From an uncultured bacterium (GTDB taxonomy: Bacteria > Fidelibacterota > Marinisomatia > Marinisomatales > UBA1611): a DNA stretch of 64,000 nt. Of this stretch, positions 60,668 through 64,000 are shown piece by piece (position 1 is the stretch's first letter; every line of letters begins with the position of its first letter). Below the pieces are notes generated by a model, which had not been told where the DNA came from, searched no databases, and saw only the letters and a list, made by a program, of their open reading frames with translations. The stretch covers positions 1-64,000 of the forward strand of contig CBFIBM010000009.1 of NCBI GenBank assembly GCA_965660855.1. Reading direction: 5' to 3'. Position numbers and translations under genes: made by a program.

Positions 60668-60767
60668 TTTACTAATTTCCTTCTAAATAATTAATGTTCA
60701 TTCAAAGTTTATAAACTAAGTTAAAACTATTAATAAGTATTTTCATTGAAATCTAATTTATATCTAA

Positions 60768-62074
<1,307 letters not shown>

Positions 62075-62075
<1 letters not shown>

Positions 62076-62395
62076 TGAAATTAAAGAGAAAATCTAAACC
62101 TAATAACCAACTTCAAAAAAAACTTATTCAAGGACTTTTAATTTTAATAAGTCTTGGTTTAGTTATGATTTTTATTTTTGGAGATCATGGACTCTTACAA
62201 TTATATAAATTAGAGCAAGAAAAGAAAAATATAAAAAATTATATTTCTACTTTACGTGAATTAAGAGAAGATAGATATACAGAAAAAAATAAATTGGAGA
62301 ACGATAAAGAATATCTTGAAAAATTAGCTAGAGAAAAGTATCTGATGTCTAAACCTGGAGAGAAAGTTTTTAAAATTTTACCAAAAAACGAGTAG
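62075..62395 (+). CDS. ftsB: Septum formation initiator FtsB/DivIC
   Basis: TM, FGDHGL, coiled coil, EKLAREKYLMSKPGE; conserved eno-ftsB order. Confidence 0.85.
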
Positions 62396-62422
62396 CTAAA
62401 TTATATTTTCCAATTTTTCAAC

Positions 62423-63127
62423 CTAATTTGTTATGAAAGCATCTAAATAAACCTCAACGCGACGATTCTCTGCACGAGCCTCAAGTTTTTCCTTATAACT
62501 TAACGTTGATTCAACCTCAACAATAGGTCTGAATTCACCGTAACCCATTGCTGAGAAGTATTTTTCAGGCATTGATGCATTCTTGTTCATTATTTTAACT
62601 AAATTAAGTGACCTTGCTGATGATAATTCCCAATTACTTGGATATATAGAATTTTTAGGTAATTTTGCATCATCTGTATGACCTTCGCACCTAACCTCTA
62701 CATTTAAGTTTAAACCTTTTTTATCAATTGTTGTTAATAGGGATTTATATTCTTGCCTGTTTTGAATATTTATAAGATCAGACTTTTTTATAATTTTTCC
62801 CATTTTATCAATAACTGAATAATATTTTGCATCTATTTCTGATGATGCAGATTTAAATAAATTTCCTTTTAAAGTTATCTTGATACCTTTTGTTTCTCTC
62901 TCAACAAGAATTTCTTCAGACTTTAAGTCTTTTATCATTTCTTGATAAGTTTGATCTAATAATTTATCGATTATAACATTTATACTTTTTTCAGCATCAT
63001 TTAACATTACTAATAGTAATACAAAGAAGGTTAAAAGTAATGTAACAACGTCTGCAAATGTTAACGCCCAGGCAGTCGCTTTTGCTTGCCTCTCATCAAT
63101 ACTTATTTCTTTTTTTTTATAACTCAC
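62423..63127 (-). CDS. motB: MotB/PomB-family stator subunit with OmpA-like domain
   Basis: WALTFADVVTLLLTFFVLL (conserved Asp), EGHTD, SNWELSSAR, NRRVE. Confidence 0.9.
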   Translation of the reverse strand: MSYKKKEISIDERQAKATAWALTFADVVTLLLTFFVLLLVMLNDAEKSINVIIDKLLDQTYQEMIKDLKSEEILVERETKGIKITLKGNLFKSASSEIDAKYYSVIDKMGKIIKKSDLINIQNRQEYKSLLTTIDKKGLNLNVEVRCEGHTDDAKLPKNSIYPSNWELSSARSLNLVKIMNKNASMPEKYFSAMGYGEFRPIVEVESTLSYKEKLEARAENRRVEVYLDAFITN

Positions 63128-63146
63128 AAAATCAATAAAGAATTAT

Positions 63147-63974
63147 TTAAGAGTCGACATACCTAAATTGCGATGGTATAAAAGTCATTAATTTTTCTTT
63201 TATTAAAATAGGATGCTCTCTTGCATGAATACTTATGATTCCTTCAACTACAATGCTTTTTAACATCATTTCATTTTCTGAGAGTCTTTTGAGCTTTCCA
63301 CCAATTGGTAGAAAGATCATATTTGCAAAAAAAACACCATAAAAAGTAGTTATCAGTGCTAGTCCCATTCCTGACAAAAGTTCAGCAAATCTTTCTGCAA
63401 CATCATAAGAAGCATCCATATTCCCCTCTCCAGATGTAAAATTATTCATCATCACAATCAAGCCAAGTACCGTTCCCAGCATACCAAAAGCTGGAGCATA
63501 TGAAGCCATGTATAAAAATAATTCTTGCCCTGCAATATGCCTACTAGAAATATTATTTAGTTCTAGGTTAAGAAAAGTTCTTAAGCGTAACGATTCTCTT
63601 TCATTTATAGCTAACTCAATACCGTTTTTGAAAAAACCATCTCTCATTTGAGGTAAGTCAGCTTCGAGGCTTAATAAACCATCTTTTTTTGCTTTTTGGG
63701 CTTTTTGTACTATTTCTTCAATTACTAAATTGTAATCATCGTTATCTGCTTTAAATACATTTTTTACAATTTTAGGAAGATTCTTCAATGCTTTTAAAGG
63801 AAGATTTACCATAGTAGCAGCAAAAGTACCCCCGATAACAATTAAAATCGAATTAAGATTAAAAAACCAATATATGCTTCCGCCACTTTGTATTATACCT
63901 ATAAAAATAATTGCAATGCCTGCAAAAAGTCCAATAAAAGTTCCAAAATCTGTACCTTTTTTAGCTGCTTTCAT
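63147..63974 (-). CDS. motA: MotA/PomA-family stator subunit
   Basis: IVIGGT, KDGLLSLE, APAFGMLGTVLGLI, ALITTFYG. Confidence 0.9.
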   Translation of the reverse strand: MKAAKKGTDFGTFIGLFAGIAIIFIGIIQSGGSIYWFFNLNSILIVIGGTFAATMVNLPLKALKNLPKIVKNVFKADNDDYNLVIEEIVQKAQKAKKDGLLSLEADLPQMRDGFFKNGIELAINERESLRLRTFLNLELNNISSRHIAGQELFLYMASYAPAFGMLGTVLGLIVMMNNFTSGEGNMDASYDVAERFAELLSGMGLALITTFYGVFFANMIFLPIGGKLKRLSENEMMLKSIVVEGIISIHAREHPILIKEKLMTFIPSQFRYVDS

Positions 63975-64000
63975 TACTTGCCTTTAATCCTTTCTTTTAT
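63974..64000 (-). CDS. 3' end of an unidentified upstream CDS coupled to motA
   Basis: Minus frame reads ...IKERIKGK-stop; its TAA overlaps the motA ATG (TAATG). Confidence 0.35.
   Translation of the reverse strand: MKERIKGK

Noticed and set aside
62423..63974. Zorya ZorAB anti-phage system
   Set aside because: MotA is normal length with no long ZorA tail, the motifs are flagellar-stator type, and no zorC/D/E follows.

Overview
A very AT-rich, gene-dense bacterial chromosome segment. Gene content and style suggest a streamlined marine FCB-superphylum organism such as Marinimicrobia/SAR406; this is inference, since the window has no marker rRNA. Most of it is housekeeping: carAB, ligA, dnaE, dtd, prfA/prmC, rpmE, rho, folC, murI, an amidase, glycosyltransferases and a flippase, eno, ftsB, motAB, mtaB and two ABC-F ATPases. 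I saw no rRNA, tRNA, CRISPR array, transposase or integrase. Four things stand out. (1) An orphan Cas6b-like gene sits inside the rho-rpmE-prfA-prmC operon with no array or other cas gene in the window; it appears to lack the catalytic His pair and has a long Lys/Arg-rich tail. (2) A 2107-aa protein reads as wHTH + Arg-repeat segment + PilM-like actin fold interrupted by about 1300 aa of coiled coil + TM + PilN-like domain, followed by a probable PilO start and preceded by a promoter region with clustered TGGGC motifs. (3) A 63-aa protein is built almost entirely of the same RxxxR/DRR repeats, making it a candidate c-di-GMP binder. (4) It lies beside a cluster of TerB, a membrane-TerB fusion, a stand-alone cNMP-binding protein and an RCK K+ channel. 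Also present are a CADD-type pABA synthase, a DGGGP-synthase-like prenyltransferase, a possible Sm/Hfq-fold protein and a tandem pair of tiny paralogous membrane proteins. All family calls come from motif recognition by eye, not database searches.
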